Made by a program: the position numbers and the translations under genes
The notes under the pieces: generated by a model
Seen by the model: only the letters and a program-made list of their open reading frames with translations
Database searches by the model: none
What the model was told of the DNA's origin: nothing
Assembly (NCBI RefSeq): GCF_009914755.1
Contig: NC_060947.1
Strand: one strand, 5' to 3'
Length of the DNA: 64,000 nucleotides
Source of the DNA: the human T2T-CHM13v2.0 reference genome, Homo sapiens
Part shown: piece after piece, positions 41,596 through 58,215 of the stretch
How the letters are laid out: every line of letters starts with the position of its first letter
How positions within the stretch are numbered: the stretch's first letter is position 1

Positions 41596-42030
41596 GCTCT
41601 CCTTTGATGTAAAAAGAATCATTCTGCCTTTTAAAATGGGAAAATAAAGGCAAATATGTTAAATAGCTTATCCAAGAATATAGTCAGAATTAGAAATATT
41701 AAGTGGGATTAAAAAGCTTCCAAACTCAAATGCTGTAGTCATACCACGATGGTAGCTCTCTTGTCATTATAGCTATGAGAAAAAAATGTGTCTGGTGGCT
41801 TTCTGTTTTGATATTAGAGAAGATTGTTAGTATTTACTCTATAGATACATAAAATGGAAACACTAGTTTTAGCCATATCTCATTAATTATTTGGAAATGA
41901 AAAGGAGGAAACATAAGATAAAGTTGTAAAGAAAACAGTGTTGATATAAACCAATTATAGAAGAAGAAAAATAATATTGTTTCACCATGCAGTTATGTTA
42001 AAAAGTATTTAGCAAAATTCACTGGAAATA

Positions 42031-42437
42031 TGTGTTAGTCTGGTTTTGTGTTGTTATGTAGGAATACCTGAGACTGGGCAATTTATGAAGAAAAGTGGCT
42101 TATTTTGTCTCACAGTTCTTCAGACTATACAGGAAGTGTGGTGCCGGCATCTGCTTCTGGAGAGGGCCTTAGGAAGCTTCCAGTCATTGTGGAAGGCAAA
42201 GGGGGAGCAGGCACAGCACATGGTGAAAGTGGGAACAGGAAAGAGAGGGGGAGAGGTGCCACACTGTTTTAAACAAGCAGATCTCTGAGAAGGAACTCAC
42301 TCATTACCATGGGGAGGGCATCAAGCCATTCATGAGGGATCTGGCCCCATGACTCAAACTCCTCAGGCCCAACTCCAACATTGGGAATCACATTTTAACA
42401 TGAGATTTGGGAGGGGACAAACATCCAAACCATGTCA
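42031..42437 (-). mobile_element. MSTB-like MaLR solo LTR
   Basis: TGTGTTAGTC...GGAATACCTGAGACTGGG...CAAGCCATTCATGAGGGATCT...GGGGACAAACATCCAAACCATGTCA; flanks AAATA/ATATA. Confidence 0.9.
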
Positions 42438-43868
42438 ATATATTGTATATTTTATTTAGGCTCTACGATAAGTAGTTTAGGAAGATTAGGCAAAGTCTAC
42501 TGTTGTAAAGTAAATGAAAGATTAGCTAAATTCCCAAACAGAAGAAGAGTAGAAAATCAAATCATACATTTAAAGATAAAGATTTTTGTCTCTGCACAAT
42601 CTTTTATTGGAAATCATTGTGAAGGCTTGCCTGTAATGACACCAACTGCTGTGGTCATACATCCACTTATGTGAAATAAAGATAAATCTTTATGCTTAAA
42701 TAGTTTTGAAAGTGTTTGTGACATATATTTATTTATGATTCATTTCAAAGTTGCAAGAAAGAGTTGTAACTAAAGTATTATATAAATTCATATAGGCCAC
42801 TTTGCTCCTAAGGAGGCAGAATTAAATGTCTTTAGTAAAAGTGGATTGAGAAATAGAAATATATTAAAGATATGCAAAGAAAATTGAGAGTGCTGATTAG
42901 TTAAAATGATTCAATTTAAAATAAGTGTTGTAGTTAAGATAGAAATGCAGCATCAGAACCTCAGCAAAAATATAAAATAGATGGACTTTCTTTTTGAAAC
43001 CCTCCTTCCCCATCAACTTCTATATCTTCATGCTGCTCTGGCCCCTTCTATGAGAGACAAACACTACTAATGTGATATTGATTAAATGGATTAACTCCCC
43101 AGGGACATTTGCATTTTAAAAGGCCACCATAGAAAGGGCCATATTCAACCCAAAGGAAGCCTGGCAAATATGACCAATTTTAATATGTATCCCCATCAAT
43201 TAAAGACATATTGTAGTTTTCTGTTTTGTGCTTTTAAATTCTGGGAATTATAATTTTGGTTTCTTTTTTTTTTAATATATTTTTATTTTTTCTTTTTTTT
43301 TCTTTTTTTTATTATTATTATACTTTAAGTTTCAGGGTACATGTGCACAATGTGCAGGTTAGTTACATATGTATGCATGTGCCATGCTGGTGTGCTGCAC
43401 CCATTAACTCGTCATTTAGCATTAGGTATATCTCGTGCTAACCCTCCCCCCTCCCCCCACCCCACAACAGTCCCCAGAGTGTGATGTTCCCCTTCCTGTG
43501 TCCATGTGTTCTCATTGTTCAATTCCCCTCTATGAGTGAGAACATGTGGTGTTTGGTTTTCTGTCCTTGTGATAGTTTACTGAGAATGATGATTTCCAAT
43601 TTCATCCATGTCCCTACAAAGGACATGAACTCATCATTTTTATGGCTGCATAGTATTCCATGGTGTATATGTGCCACATTTTCTTAATCCAGTCTATCAT
43701 TATTGGACATTTGGGTTGGTTCCAAGTCTTTGCTATTGTGAATAGTGCCGCAATAAACATACGTGTGCATGTGTCTTTACAGCAGCATGATTTATAGTCC
43801 TTTGGGTATATACCCAGTAATGGGATGGCTGGGTCAAATGGTATCTCTAGTTCTAGATCCCTGAGGAA

Positions 43869-46133
<2,265 letters not shown>

Positions 46134-46136
46134 TAA

Positions 46137-46460
<324 letters not shown>

Positions 46461-46584
46461 TAATTTTGGTTTCACTTAGTTTCTCATGGCCACATACTTT
46501 GAGCCTCATGCTTACATGAGGTTCGTAGATTATTAATTTAGAACTATCACTTTTGCATGACATTCTTTGGAATATTTCTTATAT

Positions 46585-46990
46585 TCACTGGACTGTGAGC
46601 TCCTTAAGGGTACTGACTCTTCCTTATTCATTTTTGCATTAGAAGTTTATCACACAGCCTGCGAACAAGAAAGACTCAATAAATGCTGGTGGAACAACTA
46701 AATGCATTAATAAGTAGAGACTTGTCTACATACCTTATAGACACTCAACACAATGTCACACAGCAGAATTTAACAGAATATATATCATAAAATGCCTAAC
46801 AAGTATTAACACTGTATATTAAGACTTTTACAATTAATCATATATGTATGCATATTTGCATATGTGTACATCTCCCCTACCAATGTATGAGATCTTTAAG
46901 AAGAGAAAGCATATTTTATTCATCTTTGTAATTCTTAAGCACAGTGCCTGACACACAATAGGTGCTCAATTCACTTTTGTTGATTAAATC
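46585..46990 (+). mobile_element. Two L2 3'-end fragments
   Basis: CACTGGACTGTGAGCTCCTTAAGGG...CTCAATAAATG and AGCACAGTGCCTGACACACAATAGGTGCTCAAT. Confidence 0.65.
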
Positions 46991-48504
46991 ATTTATAGGT
47001 TATATAGATAAGTAAAAAACTAAGGTATAATCAATCTGTCTTTACCTCATGAACACTTCTTATTCTTTTCCAAATGAAAGATTTTTTTCTGTTTTCTTGG
47101 AAAGTATGACACTACTGTTAAGGACTATTAGCTGATTTGAAAATGTATACCCAAATGACAGTAATCAGTGGTGGTGTGTCAACTATAGGGGCAAGAACAG
47201 GAAGTAAGGGCAGAGTTTCTACTTACCTCCTTGAAATATTTTATTTGATTTTATTTAATTTTATTTAGTTTAATATTCTCACCAATTATCCAGATACAAT
47301 GAAATTATATGTGGTCAACACTATTTTAAAATTTAAAATGTGTACAAAATGAAAGATATATCTAAGAGGCAGAAATTATCAGCAGGTATCCTATAATCCT
47401 AAAGCTGACTATAAACAATATGAATTAATGATGCAACTCCATGTGATAAAAGATGAGGTCATCCTAGTATACATTAACAGAAGTTATAATTGTTCTTTCT
47501 CTATTTATGTCTGACCACCTACCCATCTACCGGTCAAAATTTCCAACAATCTTGTGAGTTTTATTGTATTATTACCTTCAATATATTGATGGGCAAACCA
47601 GACTCACTAGGTTAAATAACTTGCTCAAGTCACACAGCTATGAAGTTCACTTTCAACTTAGGTCATGATGCCTCAGAATTCATAATTAGACACACACAGA
47701 CATACACATGTGCACATATACACACTTTTAACAAAATGTATACATGATCATTTTGAAAGTTAAAGCAACAAAAATGTATGTAAAGAAAAAAAACCCTGAA
47801 AACTCTATCTTAAACCCTCCTTCTGTCTTTACCATGTCCACATCCCAAATCTCAATCCCCCAAGGTAACCACTGCTGTTTCTGTATATTGTTATATACCT
47901 TTTTTTCTAATAATGAAACACATTGATGTATAGATACAGAGTGACAGAAATATATAAGTACAGAAATACAGAGTAGACAAAATTTGTATTTTTTCACAAG
48001 GGGGACAATATCATATATTGTTGTTCAACTTGTTTTGTGGATGCTTTTCCTTATCAATGTACACAAATCAGCTGCAGTCAATATTGTTAATTACTTACTG
48101 TTATAATCTCCATCTTACAAGTTCTAAGAACAGGGTTTAGGTGCATGTACATGGGCTCAGAAGATTTGGCTTCAATATTTAGGCAAAAGGATTCACTGAC
48201 CTCTCCAAAGGCATAGAAGAAATGCAGTGAATAAGCAAAAAACTTATTCATCACTATCTCCCATTGTTCAATAACATGTGCCATCTAGAGCAGTCCATAA
48301 GCCTCTCCAATGTTCTCCTGTACAAAGCCTACTTGTTGCCTGAAACTCTGTGCTTTGGTTCATGCTGCTTCTTCTGTCAGGAATAGCATGCCTGGTTCTT
48401 CTTCACATGTTCAAATCGTACCTATTTTTCAAAGAGAAGTCCAAGTCTCATTTCAATACTGGAGATTTTCCAGTTAGTCCCATCCCTTCCTTATATCCCA
48501 TACC

Positions 48505-48887
48505 ATGGTAGGCAGAATTCTAAGTATAGTCACTTAATATTCTTGTCCCCTGGTTATTCAATCAAACATTAATCTAGATATATTTCTGAAGGAGTTTTGA
48601 AGATGTAACTAAAATCTCAAACCAATTGATCTGAAGATATGGAGAGTAACTTGGAGGGCCTGGCAAAATCAGGTGAGCTCTTTAAAAGCAGAAAATTTTC
48701 TCCAGCTGGTTATAGAAGGAGAAGTCAGAGATTCAGAGTACAAGAGGGATTTGATGTTCCATTGCTGGCTTGAAGCTGGAGTTGACAATATCAGAATAGA
48801 ATACTGAAAACTTCTACAATTTGAGAGGAGCTAATCAATTCATGTTGTCTTAAGCCATAAATTTATGACATTTGGTTATCCAGTAAC
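48505..48887 (+). mobile_element. MLT1E2-like LTR (internally deleted) within L2 sequence
   Basis: TGGTAGGCAGAATTCTAAG...CCCCTGGTTATTCAATCAAACA.TAATCTAG...TTTAAAAGCAGA..ATTTTCTCCAGCTGG; L2-like flanks at 48330-48500 and 48990-49125. Confidence 0.75.
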
Positions 48888-49879
48888 ACCATAGGATGGT
48901 CGTGATTCAAATCAACACTTGACTATATTACTTTATTTAGAAAATGTATGTGAAAATAATTAAACACTGATATTCTTAGATTTTTTTCTACATGATAGTC
49001 TTATCTCCTTAGTACACTTTTAAGCTCTTCTATAGAAGAGACCATGTTTTATATGGAAAAAAATAATAATTATAATCTTTCCCACTGAGCTAGGCACATC
49101 ACTGATACTTAGTAAATAATTGACAAAGTGAACATACTATAAACAAAATGTCCAGTTCATTAGTCTTTGCTTTGATTCCTGAAATATCGTGAGAAGCTGC
49201 TTGTATACTTAGCTATCTGTCATAAAACTATCTTTATAAAAAAGCAAATAATTTGAAAGACCATGTATTACTAGCTAATACTCATTATAGTAACAAATTC
49301 ATGTGTTTCCTAAAGAATTAACATGTGCTAGCTTAATAAATGCCATAATTAAGGTTCACATGGATGCTGTAGATGTTATTATTGTGCTTGTTACCGAGGC
49401 AACCATATGTACTATGTTCAAAAAGGTTGAAATTTTTCCCCTCCTAAGTGAGTGAAAAAGAAAAAAAAACTTACTTAAAAACCTATTTAGAAAGGAACAA
49501 CCTGGCATTTTTAAAAGCTGGTATTTCACTTCATTTTATCAAAAGTCATTTCAACCGAAAATGTCAGATTCAAAAGCACCTACTTTTTAATCAATCCATT
49601 TATTTATTTTTCAGGGATTGCTTTTTGGTAGTTTTTCTGTGGCTCTAGAGCTTTATTTTTATCTCTTTACCTCATCCTCCCACATCAGAGAAAACGTCAC
49701 ATTCATCTACATTACTCATTAGAAAATACAACAAGTATTTTGGTATTGTGGCATTATTACATACAGTCATATCATAAAACAAACTCTGTATATTCTAGTG
49801 ACGATATTTACTAATTTTGTTCAGTCACCATGTAAATATTTGGGAATTTTTTTCATTGTTGTCATAATTATATTGAGTC

Positions 49880-50885
49880 ATTGACAAATAACATACTTTA
49901 CTTCCATTATCAAACACTTAAGCAAAGAATATTTTGAGAAAAAGACAACAAGCTTTGTACAAGGCGAGAGGAAATTTGACTGGTTTATTGTGTTTTTTCT
50001 AGGGGAAAATATGCATACAGACAAAGGGGACACAGTAGATACCATCTATTTAGATTCTCAAAAAAATCTTTGACAATAATCCATATCTTCAAAGTCTGTT
50101 AAAAACAAAACAAAATTAAACAAACAATAAAACAAACCACTTTCACCACACAATAGATAGTTTGCTTCAATTTAGGAAAGAAGTAGGCATTTCTAAAACA
50201 GAGAATTACAAATAGTGAGTTTCCCCAAGGATCTGTGTGGTTAATGTCTTACAAATGATCTCGAGGTAGTCTTCAAGCTGGAAGTTGTCCTTAAGTTCTT
50301 CTGGGCAGTTAAAGGGTGGAGGGATGTAGGAAGGTGTAGAAAGGCCCCAGTGACTGTGCAAAGTGGCAACGTGGCTTAGTGTGAGGGAACGTTCTCAGGG
50401 AAATATTACTTAAACTATACCAGAAGGAAATCCAAGAGAGGTTCTGAGAGCCAAGAGAAATTGTTCCCTGAATACATCTGCCTAGTGCGTTGTTGAGGCA
50501 AAAAGAAAAAGAAAAAGAAAGCTATGTACTTCATTAAGAGAGGAGTGAAGGAGGTAGAAAATAAAAATCATCCACCCTTTGATTAAAAATTATTGTTGCA
50601 ACATTAAACAATTATGATCAGTGAACTAATGACAAAAAGCAAAGGAATAAAAAGACATAATAAGGGGTTGAGCAGATTTTTTTTCAAAAAATTAAAACTA
50701 ATAAGAGGTAACTAAGCTGAGGACATAATTTACATTTTTCCAATTTTAATTTATTGAATTCCCAAATACTAGAATGAATGAAACTGATGAAACTTGAGAA
50801 AAGCATCTCCAAAAATAGAAAAGACATTGAAAACCTACATTCTACAGTGAAGAATAGATTTATGGAAACTCTTATTGCCAGAGGT
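49880..50885 (+). mobile_element. CR1/L3 LINE fossil (RT region)
   Basis: Translation from 50020 gives DKGDTVDTIYLDSQK-(frameshift)-FD, matching CR1 VD.IYLDF.KAFD; from 50214 it gives SEFPQGSV, matching SGVPQGSV. Confidence 0.7.
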
Positions 50886-50904
50886 TTTTTATTTCATCTT
50901 TCTC

Positions 50905-51750
50905 AAGTGATAGACTTTTATTTCTAACTGCTTGTTTGACATCTCTTCCTGATTCTCACCCAGACACATTAAAGTCAACATCTGTAATAACAAATCCTTT
51001 ATCTTCTTCCCCTTATGTACGTTTTACTCTTCTTGTGTTCCTTTCTCACTGAATAGCATCCCATGGTGTTTTTCAGGCCTTCCTCTCCCAAAGAACCCTC
51101 TGAATTATCACAAAATGGCATAGCCACCAGTTTTCAAATCCTGCCAGTTTGATCTCTGAAATATGCCCAAAATCAGGACCCACTTTTCTATTCCCACTGC
51201 CACATCCTTGGTTCTGCCCTGAACCATTTTTGCCTGAATTATGTTAACTTCTTATGCTGTTCTAATCTATTCCTAATCTTTCATTTCTCCTCTTTGCAAA
51301 TCGTCTTGCACCTAGTTTCAAGATTTACCTTTAAAAATCCCTGTTTAATTGTATGATTTTCTTATGCAATAGTTTTCAAAGACCTCTCACTGCACGTAGG
51401 ATAACCTCCAAACTCCTTACTCTGCCATTTTGATCCCAATTATAGTCTAATCCTAACTGCTTCAGTCCCTTCCCTTACCACTGCTTTTCACTCCAGGCTC
51501 CTGAAGCTCTAGGCATAGCAAACTACTTGCAATTCCCAGCATAGCTCCATGAACCCTCATGTTCCAGCTTCTCTTACAGCATTCTAATTAATCTTTCTTA
51601 TTATAGTTAGCTGTCTAATGGTCTGCCTCCTCACAAGCCCATGAACACTTAGAGAGCAGAGCAAACACCTTTTGTTACATAGTCATAAAGGGATAAAAAA
51701 GCATAACTTAATAAACATTGAAAGAATGAATGATTGAACAACTAAATGAA
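50905..51750 (+). mobile_element. L2 LINE 3' fragment
   Basis: CTAACTGCTTGTTTGACATCTC...AAAGTCAACAT, CCCACTGCCAC, CCAAACTCCTTA, end TAATAAACATTGAAAGAATGAATGA. Confidence 0.7.
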
Positions 51751-51860
51751 CAGAGACCATGTAGCCTGTAGCCTGAAAATGTGAATTGCTTCCATAATAT
51801 TTTTGGATAAATTCGTAGGTGACAGAACCACAAAAGGATCAAAGATAATATCTAATTCAT

Positions 51861-52186
51861 TTTTTTTCTTTTTGTTTTTTGAGACGGAGTCTCGCACTGT
51901 CTGTCGCCCAGGCTAGAGTGCAGTGGCGCCATCTCGGCTCACTGCAAGCTCTGCCTCCCCAGGTTCACGCCATTCTCCTGCCTCAGCCTCCCGAGTAGCT
52001 GGGACTACAGGCGCCTGCCACCAAGCCAGGCTCTTTTTTTGTGTTTTTTTTTTTTTTCTTTTTTTTTTAGTAGAGACGGGGTCTCACCGTGTTAGCCAGG
52101 ATGGTCTCGATCTCCTGACCTCGTGATCCACCCGTCTCGGCCTCCCAAAGTGCTGGGATTACAGGCATGAGCCACCGCGCCCGGCC
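51861..52186 (-). mobile_element. AluY, full length, with expanded middle A-tract
   Basis: GCAAGCTCTGCCTCC...TTCACGCCATTCT, CCGTGTTAGCCAGGATGGTCTCGATCTCCTGACCTCGTGATCC; TSD ATATCTAATTCAT (51848-51860) / ATATCTAACTCAT (52187-52199). Confidence 0.96.
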
Positions 52187-55100
52187 ATATCTAACTCATT
52201 TTTTAAAGATAAGATGTATTGCTAGTTCGATGCCTAGCACAAGGTATACCCTTACTACATATGGAAGCAGTGAAAGAATTGTATCAGTTTGAGCTCGTCC
52301 ACAGCAGTAATTTAAAGGCACAACTTTTCTTTTTTGGAAGTTTTCAGGTTCATACATTTCTTTTTGCATAGAAAAATTATTAAAACTCTTTTTGTTGGTT
52401 GCTTGGGTAGACTCCCCTATTTGAAGCACCATACAGATTCTTGTCATTTTCTATGCCTCTACGGTGACGGCGCAATTACAAAAATAAGCCGAGTTTTGAA
52501 AATAAGCCATTTCATATTTACAGTAAAGGTGCTGATGCTTCATCTGGAGAAATTTTTAATAAATTTTCCTTATCAAAATGTAACTATGCAGTAATTACAA
52601 ATTCAGACATTTTGGATTTGTGTATTCTGTAAATAAGTGGTACTCATATGCTTATTGCCCACTTCTATTTCTATGCAGCCCCTCTTCCCACCAATAAGTT
52701 TTATTTCCAGTATTTATGTTATTTTCTAAGACACAGCCTCCCAGACGCCCCACCCCCAACCCCACCCCTTGCACAATAGAGGCATAAAACATCACCAAAC
52801 ATTTTTATGGAATCAGATTCCATTTTATGGAATCATTCTTTTTTTTATTTTTTTAAATTGTCTTATTTTTCATTGCAGAAGTAACATCTTTTCAGCATGG
52901 GACTTGCTACTTCAGGAATATATATATATATTTTTTTCATATAGTATTTCATGTAGTTTTGCTTTGCTGCTGCTGTTTTTATCACATAAACTAAGCCCAC
53001 ATCCCCCAAAAGGGAAGTGGGGAAAAGTCATACATTTGTCAGTAGAGTCCTGGCATTTGATTTTTAGACATCCCTTGAGCTTGTAAGACAACATGCTGTC
53101 AGTCGTGAGAAGCTCAGTGCATGTAACACAAAGAGTTCAAGGGCTGACTGCTGAATCTAATCTAAGTGACAGGTTCCAAAAACCTTTCATACCTGGGCTT
53201 TGCTGAAGGGCTCACATCTATAGTTCATCTGTCCTTTTCAATGTATGTACAGTAGCAGTTGGGGCTATGCAATTTTCCTTCTCCAAGAAAGGTATTGATT
53301 GCTCAGGAGTTATTGTCAGCATTTTAAAATAAAATATGTTTTACTTTTATCATCAGAAGGAGAAGTATATGGTAGATTGTAATTTACTGGTGCTAACTCG
53401 GGACCTGCAGGTTTGTTGCTTCAGTGATTTAGTGGATTCTCAATGGATAGTTTGTTACATCTCTAATTTGAACATATATCTGCAGCATGTGTTTAATGTT
53501 ATGCAGTTGTCAGTGAGGCATGAAGGTTTTGGCACTACAAAGCAGAAAAGTGAAGGGACTGTATGGCTCCGGGGACTGGTCATGAGGTAACTGAGCTAGT
53601 TGGAGAATCAAATCCAAATTGCACCAACACAAAGGTCATAGAGAGAAAGGATAGCTGCTTAGAAATCTGAGAAAATACTAGTGGCAAAACCAAATCTGCC
53701 AGCAACCCAACAAAATACCCCTCACCAACAAAAGAGGAATGAACTTAGTTCACATATGTCGATAGAGAGGTGTAATACTATTCTTTAACCCTCAGTGTGA
53801 CCTGGCTGTGTCTGGAGGATGTTACTTCTCTTTTTTTGGACTCTACATCAATGTGTTTATAAAGTAGTGATCTGCTGGCGGTGAGAAAAGTCTGTTGGGA
53901 AAGGTACTAGTTCAGAATTCCAAGGAATCTTCAATAGGAAAAAATAAATAAATTGCCTTCCAAAATATTTAAATAATAGAAGATATTGTGCTAAGGTAAA
54001 TTAAAGAAAGGGGAACGACTAGCCCAAAAATGCAAAAATGAGATCAAACCAGACATTTCCATGTGTAAACTAATAAGTCTCAAAATTTGGGGGTATCTTT
54101 TGTTGCATGATCACTTGTTTTGCTCATTTCTTCACCCTAGGGTTTTGTATGAGCCAACACAATAGCAGAACGTTTTCTTTTCTTTCTTGTTAAATTATTA
54201 TAATACTTAAAAATACATTGCCATATATTACACTGATAGGCTCTTTCTGTTACCAAGGCTGTGCAGAGAGCTAATTCCTGCTTATCCTTTTCTTCTTTGT
54301 ATTATTTTCCTCATCTCACTCCCTATGCCAGACATTCTTAGATGTCAGCTCACCACAAAGTATCTCTTATTCAAATGCAAGTTGTTCCAAAGCATGGTTT
54401 CATAACTCATTCTGAAAAGTTACTGTAAAATATACAAAACCTGATTTTGTTGCCACCCAGACTGTTAGAAATAAATTATGAAATGCTGAGGCCAGGGGAT
54501 AAACGTGCCTTTTGAAAGCAGAAGCACCTGTGCTAGATAGGCTGTTTCTCCCAACAGGGTGAGACAATAGGAAGATACTCGCCTGTGGGAAGTTTGCAGT
54601 GTTTGTGTTTTGATTTTTCAATAAACTGCTTCCCACTTCTAATTATTTTTTGAAGAGTAAAATGAATTTTTGAAATCCCTCCAGCTTTTAAAACCAAACA
54701 GGCTTTATCAAGCTTTTTGCTCAAAATATCTTTTGCAGCTAATGTGACCTTCAAATATTTCAATTCTAACTACCAAAGATTCAGATAGAATTGTCAAATC
54801 TCTCTTATTCTTTCTTACCAACTCCTAATCTGCTACTCTGTATGCTCTGTAAGCACAGTTTTGGAAGCCAATAAATTAATATTTGAGGTGTTTAACAGTC
54901 TGCTCGGTTGCAGCCCTTATATCTTTGAGGACACAGTATACAGTCAGACTTTATATGGGGAATAAACAGTCTTTGCCATAGATGATTTTAAAGCTTGGGT
55001 GCTTTAGTCTTTTACTGGATGCAGTAAATTTTAGGTAGATTGTAATCCCATTCATACTTTGGCTTTTAGAGTGCCTAACAACTTTCAGCAACTACAAATC

Positions 55101-56739
55101 ATTACGCAAATGCAATAGAATCACAGTTTGCAAAATAAAAATCTTACCATTTTCAGTAAAAAATAAAAAGGATATTCTTTACGTAGTTTAATTATAGCTA
55201 ACTTTTTTTTTTTTACCTGATCTAGCTCCCAAAACTACACTGTATTAATTCATTTGGTGCTTATGACCATCATGGCTTAATACAGACTGATTGAAACAGC
55301 ATATAGCCCACTCCGAAAGATTCACTGTCTTCCTTAAAAGCTTTTATAGCATCATCCTACTAGGTATATTAAAAATAAAAAGTCGATTTAGTGTAACATA
55401 AGTCAGCCATTTAATAAAATTTGAAAATCCTACATAGAGAGTTAGTAACAACCAAAATGCTTTTTCTGAACATTAAAAAGAAAAGGTTTCTAATTAAATT
55501 TATAATGGAATGAACCGCTATGGAGAAACAGAGCATGAACTTATTGGGCTAAACTTCTTTAAATGCATCTTAGCCTTATTCATTGTGCCTGCTGTGTCAC
55601 TATTTTGTACTAATGCAGCAGATGAGACCCTTATTGCAGAAGCTGAAAAACACATTTTATGAGATGAATTATCTTCACATCTAAAACCATTAAATAATTA
55701 GTTTAAAAATAAATGCATGACAAACTCAATAGCCGTATGCCTTTGTTAAGCTCCATAAGGGAATATGTTCTACCTCATCCACTTCTTTAAATACCATAGC
55801 TCTTGCTGTAGTACTTTCCGTAATCTAAAATTAAACCTTTTTTGGCTGATTAATATGTATTGAATAATATTTTTGGTTTCTCTGCTTGAATTAAGCAACA
55901 AGGTAAAATTTACGTAGATAGCAATAAAACAATGGGAATTCTGTTCTGCTGGCTTGAAAAATAATGTTTTCAGTGAGTATTTTTTCAGTCAATGAATAAT
56001 ACCTTAATGGTTGTTGGGGAAATAAAAGTACTAGTATATATGCAAAATAACAGTCACATTTAAGGAGGGGCCTGATGCAGGGTTCACGTGTCAATGATTC
56101 ATGAGGACTTATTTCCTTCTGTTGTATTCGTTTGTTTGTAAATAAAATAAATCTATTTCCAGTCTATCTTCACTAATTTTAATTTCACTCACACTTGGAA
56201 ACGCTTCCGCAAATACTGCAGGATCCTATAATAATAGTCCAAAATATCGCTTTTTATGTAAGCATTATTACTCTTTTATGGGCTATCTTTTTAAAGTATT
56301 CTATAATGGAAGCTTTATAGTTTCAGTTATATCTTTATATTTTATCAGCATTTTCCACTTTTGTAAATTGCATAACTAGTCAGCTCTACTACACCTGTTT
56401 GCCTAGGACATAATACTTGATCAGATTCTAATTCTAAAGTGGGTGAGACACTTGAATTTGGCTATTTATCATGGGTTGCTCTTGAGAGAAGCAATATGTT
56501 CTGTTTTTTATACAATTACAAAACTAAACTCCTCTAACATTCCCCATGACCTCTCATTGCACTTCATGATTGATTTGCTGTTTAAAGCTACTGGATTTAG
56601 AAACCATAAGGTTATAAATGAGGACAGTTCAAATCTGTGCACAGCAGAAGGACTGCTTTTTTCAGATTTGGAGAGGGACTATACGAGCGGTTTTTGACAC
56701 ATAGTCCTTCTTAAAATCAAACAGCGAATGTGAAATCTC

Positions 56740-57301
56740 ATATATATATTATATATATTTATATATCTTATATATTATATAGTTATATATGTTATGTTAT
56801 ACTATATAATGTTATATATTATATAATATATAGTTATATAATATATTATATATAGTTATATATTATATTATATATAGTTATATATTATATATAGTTATAT
56901 ATTATATTATATATAGTTATCTAATATATTATATATAGTTATCTAATATATTATATATAGTTATCTAATATATTATATATAGTTATCTAATATATATTAT
57001 ATATAGTTATATAATATATATTATATATAGTTATATAATATATATTATATATAGTTATATAATATATATTATATATAGTTATCTAATATATTATATATAG
57101 TTATCTAATATATTATATATAGTTATCTAATATATTATATTATATTATATAGTTATATAATATATTATATATAGTTATATAATATATTATATAACTACAG
57201 TTATATAATATATTATATATAGTTATGTAATATATTATATATAGTTATGTAATATATATAGTTATTTAACATATTATATTATATATAGTTATATATATTA
57301 T

Positions 57302-57302
<1 letters not shown>
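56740..57302. repeat. AT-rich minisatellite, 22-24 bp unit (TATATTATATATAGTTAT[C/A]TAA)
   Basis: About 560 bp of tandem units marked by the recurring AGTTAT. Confidence 0.95.
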
Positions 57303-57306
<4 letters not shown>

Positions 57307-57342
<36 letters not shown>

Positions 57343-57343
57343 T
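57307..57343 (+). repeat. (CA)n microsatellite
   Basis: About 17 CA units with one CG interruption. Confidence 0.95.
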
Positions 57344-58015
57344 AATGCTCTTTTGGTTCAGCATTTATTTTGGGAGCCTTGAGATTCCTTATATAGGCGT
57401 GATATATAATTTAGCCTAATAAATACATAAAGATTTAAAATGTCATCGTTTCTGAACAGTGGATGGATATAGATATAAAAAGCTTAAATGTATTCCTTTA
57501 AGTCTGATGCTGAGTTTTACGGCAGGTTCAGAATTTGATATTTCAAAGTTTCTAATAGAGACAAGCAAAATCAATTTTGAAACAGCAATTAATGAAGAAT
57601 GGCCCTTAAGATTTATATAATAGATTGTTCAAAATTATTTCCTCTATCACTATCCAAATCTGTGTATGTGGGCAGATCCCCAAGACAAGGCCCTGGCAGC
57701 TGAGTAAGCAAACAATCATTCTGTTTGTCTTGCCTGAGGAAAGTTTTCTAGGAAGAAGGACAGAGTCAGACAGCTCAAGCAGATGATCAGACATCACGGT
57801 AATCTGACCTTGTTGGTATAACCCATGAAGTAGAAAGAAAATTAAAGTATTATCCTGTAGAAACTTTATTATAAGTTGTACATCCAGAGCCTCCAAATCA
57901 CCATTTGTTCAAACCAAACATATTGACCTGTTGTAGTAGACAGCATTCACATTCTATGATTGACATCCTATTTCCAAGTGCTCTTGTTTACATTTTGGGG
58001 TGGTTATAACATGCA

Positions 58016-58215
58016 TCCTTTCCTTCCTTCCTTCCCTCCTTCCCTCCTTTGTTCGTTCGTTCCTTCCTTCCTTCCTTCCTTCCTTTTTCTCTTTTATTTT
58101 CTCCAATTTTCCTCCTCATTCTCTTCTTCCCTCTCTTCCTCCCCCTTCTCCTGCTTCTTTCTCTCCCTCTCTCTTTCTGACCCCCCCTTACCCCTCCTTC
58201 CTCCTTTTTCTTCTT
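58016..58215 (+). repeat. (TTCC)n / pyrimidine-rich tract
   Basis: TTCC repeats grading into CT-rich low complexity. Confidence 0.9.

Noticed and set aside
57751-57803. Possible micro-exon AG|GAAGAAGG...CATCACG|GTAATC
   Set aside because: Weak polypyrimidine tract and donor; translations match nothing I recognise.
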